NCBI GenBank assembly: GCA_026647365.1
Contig: JAPKGW010000011.1
Coordinates: 49,881 to 113,880 of the forward strand
Reading direction: 5' to 3'
Source: Phycisphaerales bacterium
GTDB taxonomy: Bacteria; Planctomycetota; Phycisphaerae; Phycisphaerales; UBA5793
DNA length: 64,000 nucleotides
The notes beneath the pieces are model-generated. The model had not been told where the DNA came from and made no database searches. It saw only the letters and a list, made by a program, of their open reading frames with translations. The position numbers and the translations under genes were made by a program. This document shows, piece by piece, positions 21,161 through 30,665 of the stretch (its first letter is position 1; each line of letters opens with the position of its first letter).

Positions 21161-23629
21161 ATGCACCCGCAGCAGCAGCCCAGCCCCTTCATTCTCAACC
21201 CGATTCCCGACCTGCGTCTTCGCGAGAACTCGGCGGGCGACGGCGGCCGCGTCGTGCTCGTCGGCGATGACGCACACGTAGCGATCCGCGCACTCGAAGG
21301 CGGCATCTTTGAGTTGACGATCAACCGCAATGCCGCCCCGATACCGAGATTCGCGCCGCCGCTCGCCGCCATCCCTGCTGCCGACCGGAACGTGCAGGTC
21401 GAGAGTGATGAGCGTGGTCTCAGGCTCACCGCCTCAGCCGGCGCTTCGCTGACGATCACGACCGATCGGCTCACGCTCGGCCTCGAGTGGAACGACGCAC
21501 CGGGCAACGGCGTGCCGCTCATTCCGCTGCACTCCTCGCAGATCATCGGCCTGAGCGGAGAAGCATGCGGGCTGGCGCTGCCGCTTGCGCCTGAGACGCC
21601 CTTTTATGGATTTGGAGAGAAGACCGGTCCGCTCAACAAGAACGGCCGGCGCATGAAGTTCTGGAACCTCGATGTCTGCGCCGACCTGCCCGACTCGTTT
21701 CGCCTCGATGATTATGACCCGACCTACTGCGCGATTCCCCTCGCCCTCTGGCCGGCGCGCAGTGAGAGCGGTCACACCGGCTGGGCCGCCGTCCTCATCG
21801 ACAACTCCGGCCCGTCGTGGTTCAACTGCCAGACGAGAGACTTCGCCCTGCCCGAATCGCTCTACTTCGGCACGTACTGCGGCGAGGCGCGGTTCTACTT
21901 CATCACCGGCGCGACGTTGGGCGAAGTCTGCGCCAAGGTGCTGCGCCTCACCGGCACGCCCCCCCTGCCGCCCCTGTGGTCGCTGGGCAATCATCAGTGC
22001 CGCTGGGGTTACGACTCCCAGCGCGTCTACCGGCAGATTGTCGAGGGGTTCATTGAGCACGACATCCCCCTGCACGGCTTCTGGCTCGACATCGACTACA
22101 TGGACCGCTATCGCGTCTTCACCTGGGATGCGAAGCGCGTTCCTTCGCCCGAGCGCCTCGCCGCGTGGATGGACGAGCGCGGCGTGCGCCTCGTGACGAT
22201 CATCGATCCCGGCGTGGCGATTGATGAGAGTGATCCGACGTACCGCGCGGGCGTGGAGGCCGACCTCTTCTGCCGCTCACCGTCCGGCCGACACTTTGTC
22301 GGGATGGTCTGGCCCGGGCGCTGCGTCTTCCCCGACTTCTCGCTGCCGGAGACGCGGGCGTGGTGGTCGCAACTCGTCGCGAAGCATCTTTCGCGCGGCG
22401 TGTCGGGCATCTGGAACGACATGAACGATCCCGCTGCCGGAAAGGCCGACGTGCAGGACATGCTCTTCAGTCGCGGCGCCGTCGAGCACCGCCACCTGCA
22501 CAACCTCTACGGCACGTTCATGGCCGAAGCGACGCACGACGGCTTCTCGCACCACGACCCGAACACGCGCCATTTCCTCCTCACGCGCTCCGCCTCGACG
22601 GGCATTCAGCGCTTCGCCGCCGTGTGGACGGGCGACAACGCCTCCAACTGGTCCCACCTGCGCATGAGCATTCCCGAGACGCTCAACCTCGCGCTCAGCG
22701 GCGTTTCCTTCAACGGAGCGGACATCGGCGGCTTCATGGACGATGCCACGGCCGAACTGTTGACCCGCTGGTACCAGGCCGCCCTGCTCTTCCCCTTCTA
22801 TCGCAATCACTCGCACGTCGAGTGCATTGACCAGGAGCCGTGGCGATTCGGACGGCGGACCTGCGCGATCATCCGCGAGACGATCAATCTGCGCTACCGC
22901 CTGCTCGGGGCGCTCTACACCGAATTCGCCCGGCACATCCTCACGGGCGAGCCGATGGTGCGGCCGATGTGCTTCTTCAGCAACCATCGCAAGTACCGGG
23001 ACATTGCCGATGCCTACGCGCTGGGAGAGAACATCATCGTCGCGCCGGTGGTGCATCAAGGCGCGGCGAAGCGGGAGATTCTCCTGCCGCCGGGCCAGTG
23101 GTTTGATGTCGGCGCTGGCCGGTGGGTGAAGGGAGGCGTGCGCTTCGAGCGTCCCGCGGCGATTGATGAAGTGCCGCTGTTCGTGCGCCGCGGGACGATC
23201 ATCTGCGAGCCGATGCCGGCGAGCGGCGCCTTCCTGGGCTGGGACTGCGACCTCACCAGAGTCCGTTGGCGCCTTCACTGCTTCGGCCCCACCGCTCGCG
23301 GAGAGCAGATCATCGACGACGGCCTGACGCAGTGCGACGATCCCCCACTACCGCTGTGCGTTCAACTGCACCGAGGAAGTGTCAGCGGCGACTTCCCCCT
23401 CGATCGAATCGGCGAGATCATCCTCCACGGCGCCTCAACTCGCGCCATCGCGATAGCCGTCGGCGGCCGCCGACGGCTTCAACGCGTTTCAGCGTCACGA
23501 ACGCGGTCGGCACGACGCACGCGACCGCGCGGCGGGGACGCCGCGGCTCGCGATTCGCACGCCTTTCGCGAAGTGTGGACACTCGTCGCCGACGCGATAC
23601 CCCGCCTCCGCACGCGCTTCCGCGGGTGA
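21161..23629 (+). CDS. Glycoside hydrolase family 31 (alpha-glucosidase/alpha-xylosidase-like)
   Basis: Catalytic-nucleophile region SGIWNDMNDP, acid/base region AVWTGDNASNW, and HNLYG. Start taken at ATG 21161. Confidence 0.85.
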   Translation: MHPQQQPSPFILNPIPDLRLRENSAGDGGRVVLVGDDAHVAIRALEGGIFELTINRNAAPIPRFAPPLAAIPAADRNVQVESDERGLRLTASAGASLTITTDRLTLGLEWNDAPGNGVPLIPLHSSQIIGLSGEACGLALPLAPETPFYGFGEKTGPLNKNGRRMKFWNLDVCADLPDSFRLDDYDPTYCAIPLALWPARSESGHTGWAAVLIDNSGPSWFNCQTRDFALPESLYFGTYCGEARFYFITGATLGEVCAKVLRLTGTPPLPPLWSLGNHQCRWGYDSQRVYRQIVEGFIEHDIPLHGFWLDIDYMDRYRVFTWDAKRVPSPERLAAWMDERGVRLVTIIDPGVAIDESDPTYRAGVEADLFCRSPSGRHFVGMVWPGRCVFPDFSLPETRAWWSQLVAKHLSRGVSGIWNDMNDPAAGKADVQDMLFSRGAVEHRHLHNLYGTFMAEATHDGFSHHDPNTRHFLLTRSASTGIQRFAAVWTGDNASNWSHLRMSIPETLNLALSGVSFNGADIGGFMDDATAELLTRWYQAALLFPFYRNHSHVECIDQEPWRFGRRTCAIIRETINLRYRLLGALYTEFARHILTGEPMVRPMCFFSNHRKYRDIADAYALGENIIVAPVVHQGAAKREILLPPGQWFDVGAGRWVKGGVRFERPAAIDEVPLFVRRGTIICEPMPASGAFLGWDCDLTRVRWRLHCFGPTARGEQIIDDGLTQCDDPPLPLCVQLHRGSVSGDFPLDRIGEIILHGASTRAIAIAVGGRRRLQRVSASRTRSARRTRPRGGDAAARDSHAFREVWTLVADAIPRLRTRFRG

Positions 23630-23702
23630 CCGCGCCTGCACGCCGCCGCACACCGCAGCGCAAGGCCTCCGGGTCGCGGCTCACCAAGGGCCTCGATGCT
23701 TC

Positions 23703-24800
23703 TCACAGAATGATCTGCGATGCCGGGTTCGCCCACTGGCCGAGTTCCTGCCGGAACTTCGCACCCTTGTCCACGATGAGCGTGCCCGTCTGATCGACCT
23801 CGACCTTGAAGCGTTCGAGCGGACGCGGGGCGGGGCCTTCGAAGTTGATGCCCGTCTTGCGGAAGCCCGAGCCGTGGCAGGGGCACTTGAAGATCTGTGC
23901 GGCCGGGAGCCAGTTGGGAATGCAGCCCAGGTGCGTGCAGACGGTGTTGATGGCCACGACCTTCTTGACGCCGTCTTCCTCGAGGGTGACGACCCAGATG
24001 TTCTGGCCCTTGTAATCTTCGTACACGCCCATCTCGGTGTAGCCCGAGAGTTTGCCCACGCGCACGCGCGTGGGCGGGAGGATCGGCGCCTTGGGAATCA
24101 TGAAGGACTGGAACCACGCGAGGGATGTCGCGCTGACGAAGATGAGTGCGCCCCACGCCGCCGCGAGGGTGAAGCCGAAGCCGCGCCGCGTCATGCCCGT
24201 GTTCGCCGCCTTGGCCTGCGCGATCTCACGGATGCGGTCAGCGACCGACTTGGGCGCCTTCGCGTAGCCCGTGCCGACCATCGTCGCGAACTGGGCATCG
24301 GGCGGCGCGCCGATCGGCAGCGCCTGCGCGATCGCTTCCGGCTGCACCTTCGCGGTCTTGATGACACCGCGCGGCCCGCCAGCCGATCGGCTGCCCGAGA
24401 CGTGCGCCGCTTCAAGCAACTGCATCCACTTGGGATCGGGCGGGGCGTAACTGACCGCCGCCGCCCCACCGCCTCCACCGCCGTGCCCCTTGCCGCCGCC
24501 TTCGCCTGCAGCGCCCGCCGGGGCCGCCGCCGCTTCTTTCTGCGCCGCCCATTCGGCCGGCTCCGGCCCTTCCACCTCGATCGCCTCATACTTGATCACA
24601 TCGACCGGGCAGCCTTCGGCCGCGACGATGATCGAAGGAGTCAGCAGGCGGGTGAAATCGGGCTTGAGCGCCGGCGGGCGGATGACGCACGTCTCCTCCT
24701 GCACGTCGAAGACTTCCGGGCAATCCGTCTCGCACGAGTCGCAGACGATGCAGCCGGGTGCGATCCAGACCTTGACGATTTCCTTGTGCGTTTCCGCCAT
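23703..24800 (-). CDS. Fusion protein: N-terminal [4Fe-4S]/[3Fe-4S] ferredoxin module, Gly/Ala-rich linker, internal twin-Arg plus TM anchor, C-terminal Rieske [2Fe-2S] domain
   Basis: CIVCDSCETDCP plus distal EGCPVD; TRRGFGFTLAAAWGALIFVSA at aa about 203-225; Rieske boxes CTHLGC and CPCHGS. ATG preceded by GGTGAGG. Confidence 0.8.
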   Translation of the reverse strand: MAETHKEIVKVWIAPGCIVCDSCETDCPEVFDVQEETCVIRPPALKPDFTRLLTPSIIVAAEGCPVDVIKYEAIEVEGPEPAEWAAQKEAAAAPAGAAGEGGGKGHGGGGGGAAAVSYAPPDPKWMQLLEAAHVSGSRSAGGPRGVIKTAKVQPEAIAQALPIGAPPDAQFATMVGTGYAKAPKSVADRIREIAQAKAANTGMTRRGFGFTLAAAWGALIFVSATSLAWFQSFMIPKAPILPPTRVRVGKLSGYTEMGVYEDYKGQNIWVVTLEEDGVKKVVAINTVCTHLGCIPNWLPAAQIFKCPCHGSGFRKTGINFEGPAPRPLERFKVEVDQTGTLIVDKGAKFRQELGQWANPASQIIL

Positions 24801-25177
24801 TTCGCCTCACCCTGCGGCTGCATGAAACAAGGGGACACCCCGCGGCCGATCACCCGTATCGACCCGCCGCAGAGGCTGGATGAGATCATAGCGCTGCGAC
24901 CGTGGCGTGGTACAGGCTTTCAAGCCTGTCGAGAATGGGGCAAGGTGGAACGGGCGTCCCGCCCGTCCCGACCCGGAGCAAGCGCGTCCCGCCCGTACGA
25001 ACAGAACGCGCCGGAGCAAGCCCGAAGCGTAAGCGAGGCGGGCCGCAAAGAGGCACAGGAGACGCAAACAAGAGCAACGCAAGAACAAAGTAGAGCAGCC
25101 CTTGCAAGGGCGAGTCTGACCGAATGCTCCGGGCACGCTAGAGTCGCGTCATCCTCACCAGAATCAGGACCTCTACG

Positions 25178-26095
25178 TTGGCCAGATCACCGGGCCGCAG
25201 GCGAGGAGTTCCGCCGGGGCGCGTCGTGAATCAGACACGACTCATCCTCCTCGCAGGTGCGACTGCTCTCGGATTGCTCTTCACCTGCATCGCAGTCTCT
25301 GCGACGATCGGCGGAATCCGGGACGCCGTGATGCTGTTTGGCTACCCATCCCTCTGGTTGCTCATGGTAGCGGTGCACTTCGTCACCGATCCGCCGCTTG
25401 TTATCACCCTGCCGCATCATCCTGATTGCAGGTCACTGATCAAACAACGGACAGTCGTCGCCCCTTTTCCTCGAAGTCGGGCACTCGCGGATGCGAGACG
25501 ACTCGGCGCGTGGATGCTCTGGGGACTCGTTCTGTATCTTCCGCTGATTCTGCCTCTGACGATCGATCTCGCGTTCATCGCCGGCTCCGCGACATTGGCG
25601 CTTCATGCGCTCGTGCGCGGGCTTCTTGGCATCCGCGCGTACCCAACGTGGTGCTGCTCTCGCTACATTGCTGGTGAACGACAGGAACTGACCTTGAGCG
25701 CCGAGGACGATCGCATGCGGCTGGCGCCCGAGGTCTTCCACCTGGACACGTGGGATCCTGGAGGCAGGATTGCAACGACGCGAGGTGATTTCTCATTAAG
25801 CCTGCTGCGAATGACGATCCCGGTTCGTCATGGATGGATGGCGTCTGTCAGTCAGCGAACGATTCAGCACCGCGACCACGCTGACGATTTGCCGATCCAG
25901 CATGAAGGGGGCATCGACTTCGATCTAGAGGATCTAGCACACCAACCGATCGATCTGAGCAACCGTGCTCCTGCGGAACGGAGTCGGATGTTCACTTGGT
26001 TCGATTGGAAGTTGGAAGGGGAGATTCGAGTCGGCCGCGCTGCCAGCAGCCGCGTCGTCTTTCGGTTCCCGGCCATGGTTGCCCCTGGACCTTGA
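25178..26095 (+). CDS. Hypothetical membrane protein (about 4 TM segments plus a soluble C-terminal domain); no recognisable family
   Basis: Long ORF with hydrophobic N-terminal half. Local GC is about 58 percent in two 60-nt samples, below the flanks. The start (TTG 25178 or GTG 25226) is uncertain. Confidence 0.45.
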   Translation: MARSPGRRRGVPPGRVVNQTRLILLAGATALGLLFTCIAVSATIGGIRDAVMLFGYPSLWLLMVAVHFVTDPPLVITLPHHPDCRSLIKQRTVVAPFPRSRALADARRLGAWMLWGLVLYLPLILPLTIDLAFIAGSATLALHALVRGLLGIRAYPTWCCSRYIAGERQELTLSAEDDRMRLAPEVFHLDTWDPGGRIATTRGDFSLSLLRMTIPVRHGWMASVSQRTIQHRDHADDLPIQHEGGIDFDLEDLAHQPIDLSNRAPAERSRMFTWFDWKLEGEIRVGRAASSRVVFRFPAMVAPGP

Positions 26096-26177
26096 ACGCC
26101 GCCGTCGCACGTTCCGGAATTTCGCCGCGTACCCACCGCGAAGACCCTCCCGGACGGTCGGGGCTCAGTGCAGGCCG

Positions 26178-27323
26178 TTACTGATCGTCGCCCACCCGCG
26201 CCTCCCGCGCCGTCAGCGCCGCTTTCGCCAAGGTGCGGATGTCCGCGTCGGGGTCGCTCTCGGCGATCTGCGCGATCAGCGACCAGACCCCCTCATCCTC
26301 GATGCGCACGGCGAAGCCTTCGAGTCGCGGATCGAAGCCGACGACGATATTGACCGTGCTGGCGATGATCTTGCGCTGTGATGCTCTGTCGAGGCGGCCG
26401 CGCTCGGGAGTGCGCGGGTCATAGAACTGCTCGCTCAGCCAGGCGCGGTCGAGCAGGGACATCACCACCGGCAGACCACGCTCATCGCCGAGCACCGCCA
26501 GGGCGCAGCCGGCGTTCCACGCGAGATCGCGGTTGGCCCCCGTCGAGTCCTGCATCTCGCGGTTGAGCGCGTCGCGCACCTCCATGTTGCCGGGATCAGC
26601 GACGACGGCGAGCACCGACATGGTGATCGACGGCAGCGAGTGGATCGGCTTGTCCTCGCGCGGGTTGGCGGGCGGGCGCGGGGCGAGGCGGAGGACGTTG
26701 AGCAGGTCGGGCGTCAGCGGCCGCAGAGCCGTCATCTCGCCGCGCCAGCCGTGCAGGCCCGAGACGGCGGCGAACCAGTCCGTCGCGCTGCCCGACTTGA
26801 GGAACTCGGCGAAGACGGGTACGGTGGCCGGCTCGGCGAGCAGGCCGATCGCGCCCATGATGGCGCGGCAGAGTTCTTCGTGCCCGCCGCGGTGGAGGCG
26901 CGCGATCGCGGGGAGTTGTTCGACGAGTTTGGCGCGGTCTTCGGGCGAGAGCGGTGAGCCGTACCGGCCGGTGGCGTCTTCAATCGCGCTGAGCAGGCTC
27001 AAAGCAGCGCGGGCGCGCTCCTGATCGGCGGGCAGTGAGCCGCCGGTCGTGTTGAGCCGGTTGAGGATGCTTTCGAGGCTCTGCGCCTGGCCGCCGAGGG
27101 AGATGACGATGAGCCACACGGCAAGGATGCCCCCGACGATGAGCGCCGGGATGAGGACGAGTTGAAGCATCTGCCGGCCGAAACCAACGGGCTTCTCAGC
27201 GACTTCGCTCTGGCGGCGCGTGGCCTGTTCGTAGAGTTGCGCAGCGGCGCGATCCTCGCGCTCGATCGGCTCGGCCACCTCAGGTTCGAGCGGCCGCTCG
27301 TGCGGGAAGCGTTCCGAGGTCAT
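26178..27323 (-). CDS. Membrane-anchored HEAT/ARM-like repeat protein
   Basis: One TM helix (LVLIPALIVGGILAVWLIVISL) followed by helical repeats that look HEAT-like by eye (e.g. AWNAGCALAVLGDERGLPVVMSLLD, ESDPDADIRTLAKAAL). Its start overlaps the stop of the upstream ComF-family gene by 4 nt. Confidence 0.5.
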   Translation of the reverse strand: MTSERFPHERPLEPEVAEPIEREDRAAAQLYEQATRRQSEVAEKPVGFGRQMLQLVLIPALIVGGILAVWLIVISLGGQAQSLESILNRLNTTGGSLPADQERARAALSLLSAIEDATGRYGSPLSPEDRAKLVEQLPAIARLHRGGHEELCRAIMGAIGLLAEPATVPVFAEFLKSGSATDWFAAVSGLHGWRGEMTALRPLTPDLLNVLRLAPRPPANPREDKPIHSLPSITMSVLAVVADPGNMEVRDALNREMQDSTGANRDLAWNAGCALAVLGDERGLPVVMSLLDRAWLSEQFYDPRTPERGRLDRASQRKIIASTVNIVVGFDPRLEGFAVRIEDEGVWSLIAQIAESDPDADIRTLAKAALTAREARVGDDQ

Positions 27324-28204
27324 AGTGAGGCTCCCGAGTCCACGCGCTGGTGCGCCGGACGTTCGGGCGATCCTATGAGCGGCGCCAGGGGCACGCCATC
27401 ACCCTTGACTTCAATAAGGGGTTCACCGCAGGATTCGCCGGGCGCTGGCGCGGGGCGCGCGCGGGACAACTCCGTTACGGCCAGGACGGCGGCAATGATC
27501 GAATCGACCCCGGCGGCGCGGAGAGTGTTGCACGCCTCTGTGAGCGTGGCGCGCGTCGTGGTGACATCGTCAATGAGAATGATGCGGCATCCTCGCAGGC
27601 CGTGCCAGCGACGCATCGAGAAGGCGCCGCGCACATTGTCGCGCCGCTGCGAGGCGGGGACGGCTCGCTGCGGCGGGCGGCCGCGGCGCTTCATGCCGCC
27701 AACGACGGGCAGGCCAAGCACCTGTGCCACGCCGCCGGCGATGATGCGCGTGTGGTCGATGCCGCGACGCCAGCGCCGCCACGCCCAGACGGGAACGGGG
27801 ACAATCGCATCGGCCTGCGCTCCACAGCCGAGCAGGGCGCGGCCGAGAATACCGCCGAGTTCAACGCCCATTGCATCCCAGGCGCTGAACTTGATCTCAT
27901 GCACCCAGTCGCGCAGGTGGCCGTCGAAGCGTCCGAGGCGGACGAGCCGCTGCCACGGATGGCGACGGCGACGGCAGGCCGCGCATCCTTTGCCCTCGAC
28001 ATACTCGCCGGCGCCTACGGAGGAGCCGCAGCGCGGGCAGTAGTCGGACTCCGCCTGATCAGGCCGAAAAGGCCATGAGGCGCCGTTGACCTGCGAAACC
28101 CCGTTGCCGCGAATGAGGCGCCGCGGATGCGGCCGGCGCAACCCGAGCCAGTGGTCTTCAAGGCACTGAACGGCGCTCTCGATGTTGATGCTCCACCGCG
28201 GCAC
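27320..28204 (-). CDS. ComF-family phosphoribosyltransferase-domain protein
   Basis: N-terminal Zn-ribbon cysteines (CPRCG...CAACR), WQRLVRLGRFDGHLRDW and PRPP-binding loop IILIDDVTTTRATL. The start could lie downstream of 28204. Confidence 0.8.
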   Translation of the reverse strand: MPRWSINIESAVQCLEDHWLGLRRPHPRRLIRGNGVSQVNGASWPFRPDQAESDYCPRCGSSVGAGEYVEGKGCAACRRRRHPWQRLVRLGRFDGHLRDWVHEIKFSAWDAMGVELGGILGRALLGCGAQADAIVPVPVWAWRRWRRGIDHTRIIAGGVAQVLGLPVVGGMKRRGRPPQRAVPASQRRDNVRGAFSMRRWHGLRGCRIILIDDVTTTRATLTEACNTLRAAGVDSIIAAVLAVTELSRARPAPAPGESCGEPLIEVKGDGVPLAPLIGSPERPAHQRVDSGASL

Positions 28205-28291
28205 GCGAGAGCATACCGCCCAGGACGACGGAGATCACCCCTCTCGCGCGGCGGATGCAGCCGAGCCGGGGATAATCCCGAAGCACCCGAG

Positions 28292-29044
28292 ATGCCGATT
28301 CTCCCGCCCGAACAACCCGTTCTGCTTCACGAAACCGAATCGTGGGTGGTCGTGAACAAGCCCGGCGGCTGGCACAGCGTCCGCGCCGGCACGCGGGCGC
28401 GTGGCGACAAAGAGAATGATGAAGAACGGGTTCGTGCTGCTCCAGTGCTCGAAGAATGGCTTGGAGAGCATCAGCCTGAACTGCGGCCGCTGCCGGAGTG
28501 CGGACTGGTCCATCGTCTGGACCTTCCGACTTCAGGCTGCATTCTCGTGGCGCGCAGCCACGCAGCGCTCGAACAGTTGCGCGCCATGGCGCAGGGAAGG
28601 CGCCCGGGGCTGGTGAAGACTTACCTGGCGCTCGCGCGCGGATGCGTCGAGGATGGTTCGTTCGATCTGTGCTTCCGCTCGCGCCACCGCAGGTCGCGCC
28701 TGGTCACGGTCGCGGAGCGCGGCGAGGAGTCGCAGCGAGGCCGGTGCATCTGGCGCGCCATCGGGCGGCAGGCGAATCACACGATGCTTGAAGTTGAGAT
28801 CGTCGGCCCGGGAAGGCGGCACCAGATTCGCGCAGGGATGGCACACCTCGGCCACGCGCTGCGCGGCGACCCGCTCTACGGCGGCGCACCGTGGGAAGGG
28901 CGCTTCGGCCTGCATGCATGGAAGATCGCCGTTGAGGGCGTGCAGGTGGCGGCGCCGCTCCCCCGATCGTGGAGCGATCCGAAGGAACCTCCCCATCGCG
29001 GCGCCAGCCGGCCCATCGGCGACCGGATCAAGGGGGCGGAGTGA
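28292..29044 (+). CDS. RluA-family pseudouridine synthase
   Basis: Catalytic motif HRLDLPTSGCILVARS and C-terminal HQIRAGMAHLGHALRGDPLYG. Start taken at ATG 28292. Confidence 0.85.
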   Translation: MPILPPEQPVLLHETESWVVVNKPGGWHSVRAGTRARGDKENDEERVRAAPVLEEWLGEHQPELRPLPECGLVHRLDLPTSGCILVARSHAALEQLRAMAQGRRPGLVKTYLALARGCVEDGSFDLCFRSRHRRSRLVTVAERGEESQRGRCIWRAIGRQANHTMLEVEIVGPGRRHQIRAGMAHLGHALRGDPLYGGAPWEGRFGLHAWKIAVEGVQVAAPLPRSWSDPKEPPHRGASRPIGDRIKGAE

Positions 29045-30665
29045 CGTCCTCACCCTGGGCGCGTCGGATGGCGTTCGTAAGGTCGCGCGCGGTAAACGTG
29101 CGCGACGTCGTCATGATCGTGTGACCCCAGGAAATCAGTTCGAGGGCGCGTTCGAGATTCCCCTCGCCTTCACCGAGGATGACCCAGAGTTCGCGGCCCG
29201 GCGCCAGGTAGTCGGCGACGTAGTGCGGATTCGGCACATCCGCAGAATAAAGGCACGTGGGCACGCGCAGGTGGAGAATGTCGTAGGCGGCCGGCTCGGC
29301 GACAAAGAAGGCGTCAGGCTTGTGCGACCAGAGTTTGCTCAGCCAGCCGCCGGCGTCCCAGGGCATCAATGGCGTGAACTTGTCGAAGCCGAGACCCTTG
29401 GCGCCGACGGCGATCGCATTGTCCCACTCCCGCATCATCCTCTGGTACTGCTCGCTGTTGTTCGGGTCGAACGGGTCGAGGACATCGTCGTCCCAGCGGT
29501 CGGCCACCTGGGCACTGCGCCCCCACCAGAAGTAGAGGTCGATGCCGTAGAGGCCTGGCCGCCGCCACTGGTCGCTGGTGGCGGCCATGGGCTGCGTCCA
29601 TTCAGTGGTGATCTGCGGCGGGAAGTTGTTCTGGCGGTTCTCGTAGTAGACACCGGCCGGGGTGCGGACCATGACCCGCTGATACCCCGCCGGGCCGCAC
29701 CAGTTGATGATGCTCGTCACGTCGCGCTCGAAGCCGTTGAGATCCGCGCGATAGCCGTTGAAGCCGCGCCGGTTGTCCTCCGAGAGGCGGAGCGTGTCGC
29801 CGAGTTGCTGGAGCCACACCGGCCTCATGTCCTGCGCGTACTGCACGTCGCCGAATGTGGCACGGAGATAGTCCCGGTAGGGGCGCAGTGTGTGAATCCA
29901 ATCGTCAGGCTCGTTGTACCAGACGTGGAGGCGGTAAGTGCGAGACTGGCCCGGATCGAGCGTGCCGACGAGGATGAAGCGGGCCGCCCAGTCTTCGCCG
30001 TAACTCGATCCGGACGCTCCGCGGTAGACATTGGTCCGAATCTGGTGCTTGTACGTCATCATGTCGTACTGGAGAGTCAGGCCGACCGCAAAGCGCGAGT
30101 CGCGCATGATGATCGACGGCGCGTAGAGCGACTGCGGATAGAGTTCCTTGCGGGTGGACCTGAACAGACCGTCCGACGCGTCGATCTCCTCCCAGATCGA
30201 GCCGAGCCTGTGATCGAGGTGATCGATTTTCTTGCCCAGGGCGTTGCCGGGCATCTGCAACGTCGGCAGGTCAAGCGTCCGCCCCGTGCGATTCGTGACG
30301 ACGTAGACCATCGTGAACCCGAAAAGCGACGGCTCGATGCGCGTCACCACTTCGCATTCAGTGGTGAGGTACAGCGGAAGGTCCACGGGGTTCCGCAGGA
30401 TGCCTCTCGATGGTGTCCAGACGGCGAAGAGGTCGCCGACAGGGATGATCGTGATGGGCAGTTCGCGGAGTGGCGGGTCGAATCGGCGGCGCCAGACGCC
30501 CTGTGGATTCCCGTCCTTTCCATTGTCGGATTCAACGTGACCGACACTCTTGGATGCGCTCCCTTCGGAAATGCGCGCATGCGCGACGCGGCCATGCGTG
30601 AGAGAAGAGAGGATGATGAGCGCGGCGTAGTGCGGTGCCGCGATCCACTTTTTGCTCAGGCCCAT
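29028..30665 (-). CDS. Hypothetical secreted protein (about 545 aa, Trp/Tyr-rich); no recognisable family
   Basis: Signal-like N-terminus (MGLSKKWIAAPHYAALIILSSLTHG) and a long ORF with coding-like composition. It overlaps the convergent RluA-family gene by 17 nt. Confidence 0.55.
   Translation of the reverse strand: MGLSKKWIAAPHYAALIILSSLTHGRVAHARISEGSASKSVGHVESDNGKDGNPQGVWRRRFDPPLRELPITIIPVGDLFAVWTPSRGILRNPVDLPLYLTTECEVVTRIEPSLFGFTMVYVVTNRTGRTLDLPTLQMPGNALGKKIDHLDHRLGSIWEEIDASDGLFRSTRKELYPQSLYAPSIIMRDSRFAVGLTLQYDMMTYKHQIRTNVYRGASGSSYGEDWAARFILVGTLDPGQSRTYRLHVWYNEPDDWIHTLRPYRDYLRATFGDVQYAQDMRPVWLQQLGDTLRLSEDNRRGFNGYRADLNGFERDVTSIINWCGPAGYQRVMVRTPAGVYYENRQNNFPPQITTEWTQPMAATSDQWRRPGLYGIDLYFWWGRSAQVADRWDDDVLDPFDPNNSEQYQRMMREWDNAIAVGAKGLGFDKFTPLMPWDAGGWLSKLWSHKPDAFFVAEPAAYDILHLRVPTCLYSADVPNPHYVADYLAPGRELWVILGEGEGNLERALELISWGHTIMTTSRTFTARDLTNAIRRAQGEDVTPPP

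Noticed and set aside
24464-24503. The run encoding GGGKGHGGGGGG inside the ferredoxin-Rieske gene, considered as a possible frameshift site or artificial gene fusion point.
   Set aside because: The reading frame is continuous with coding-like sequence on both sides and there is no alternative start or Shine-Dalgarno for the Rieske half. It is more simply a flexible Gly/Ala linker. The fusion still needs confirmation in relatives.
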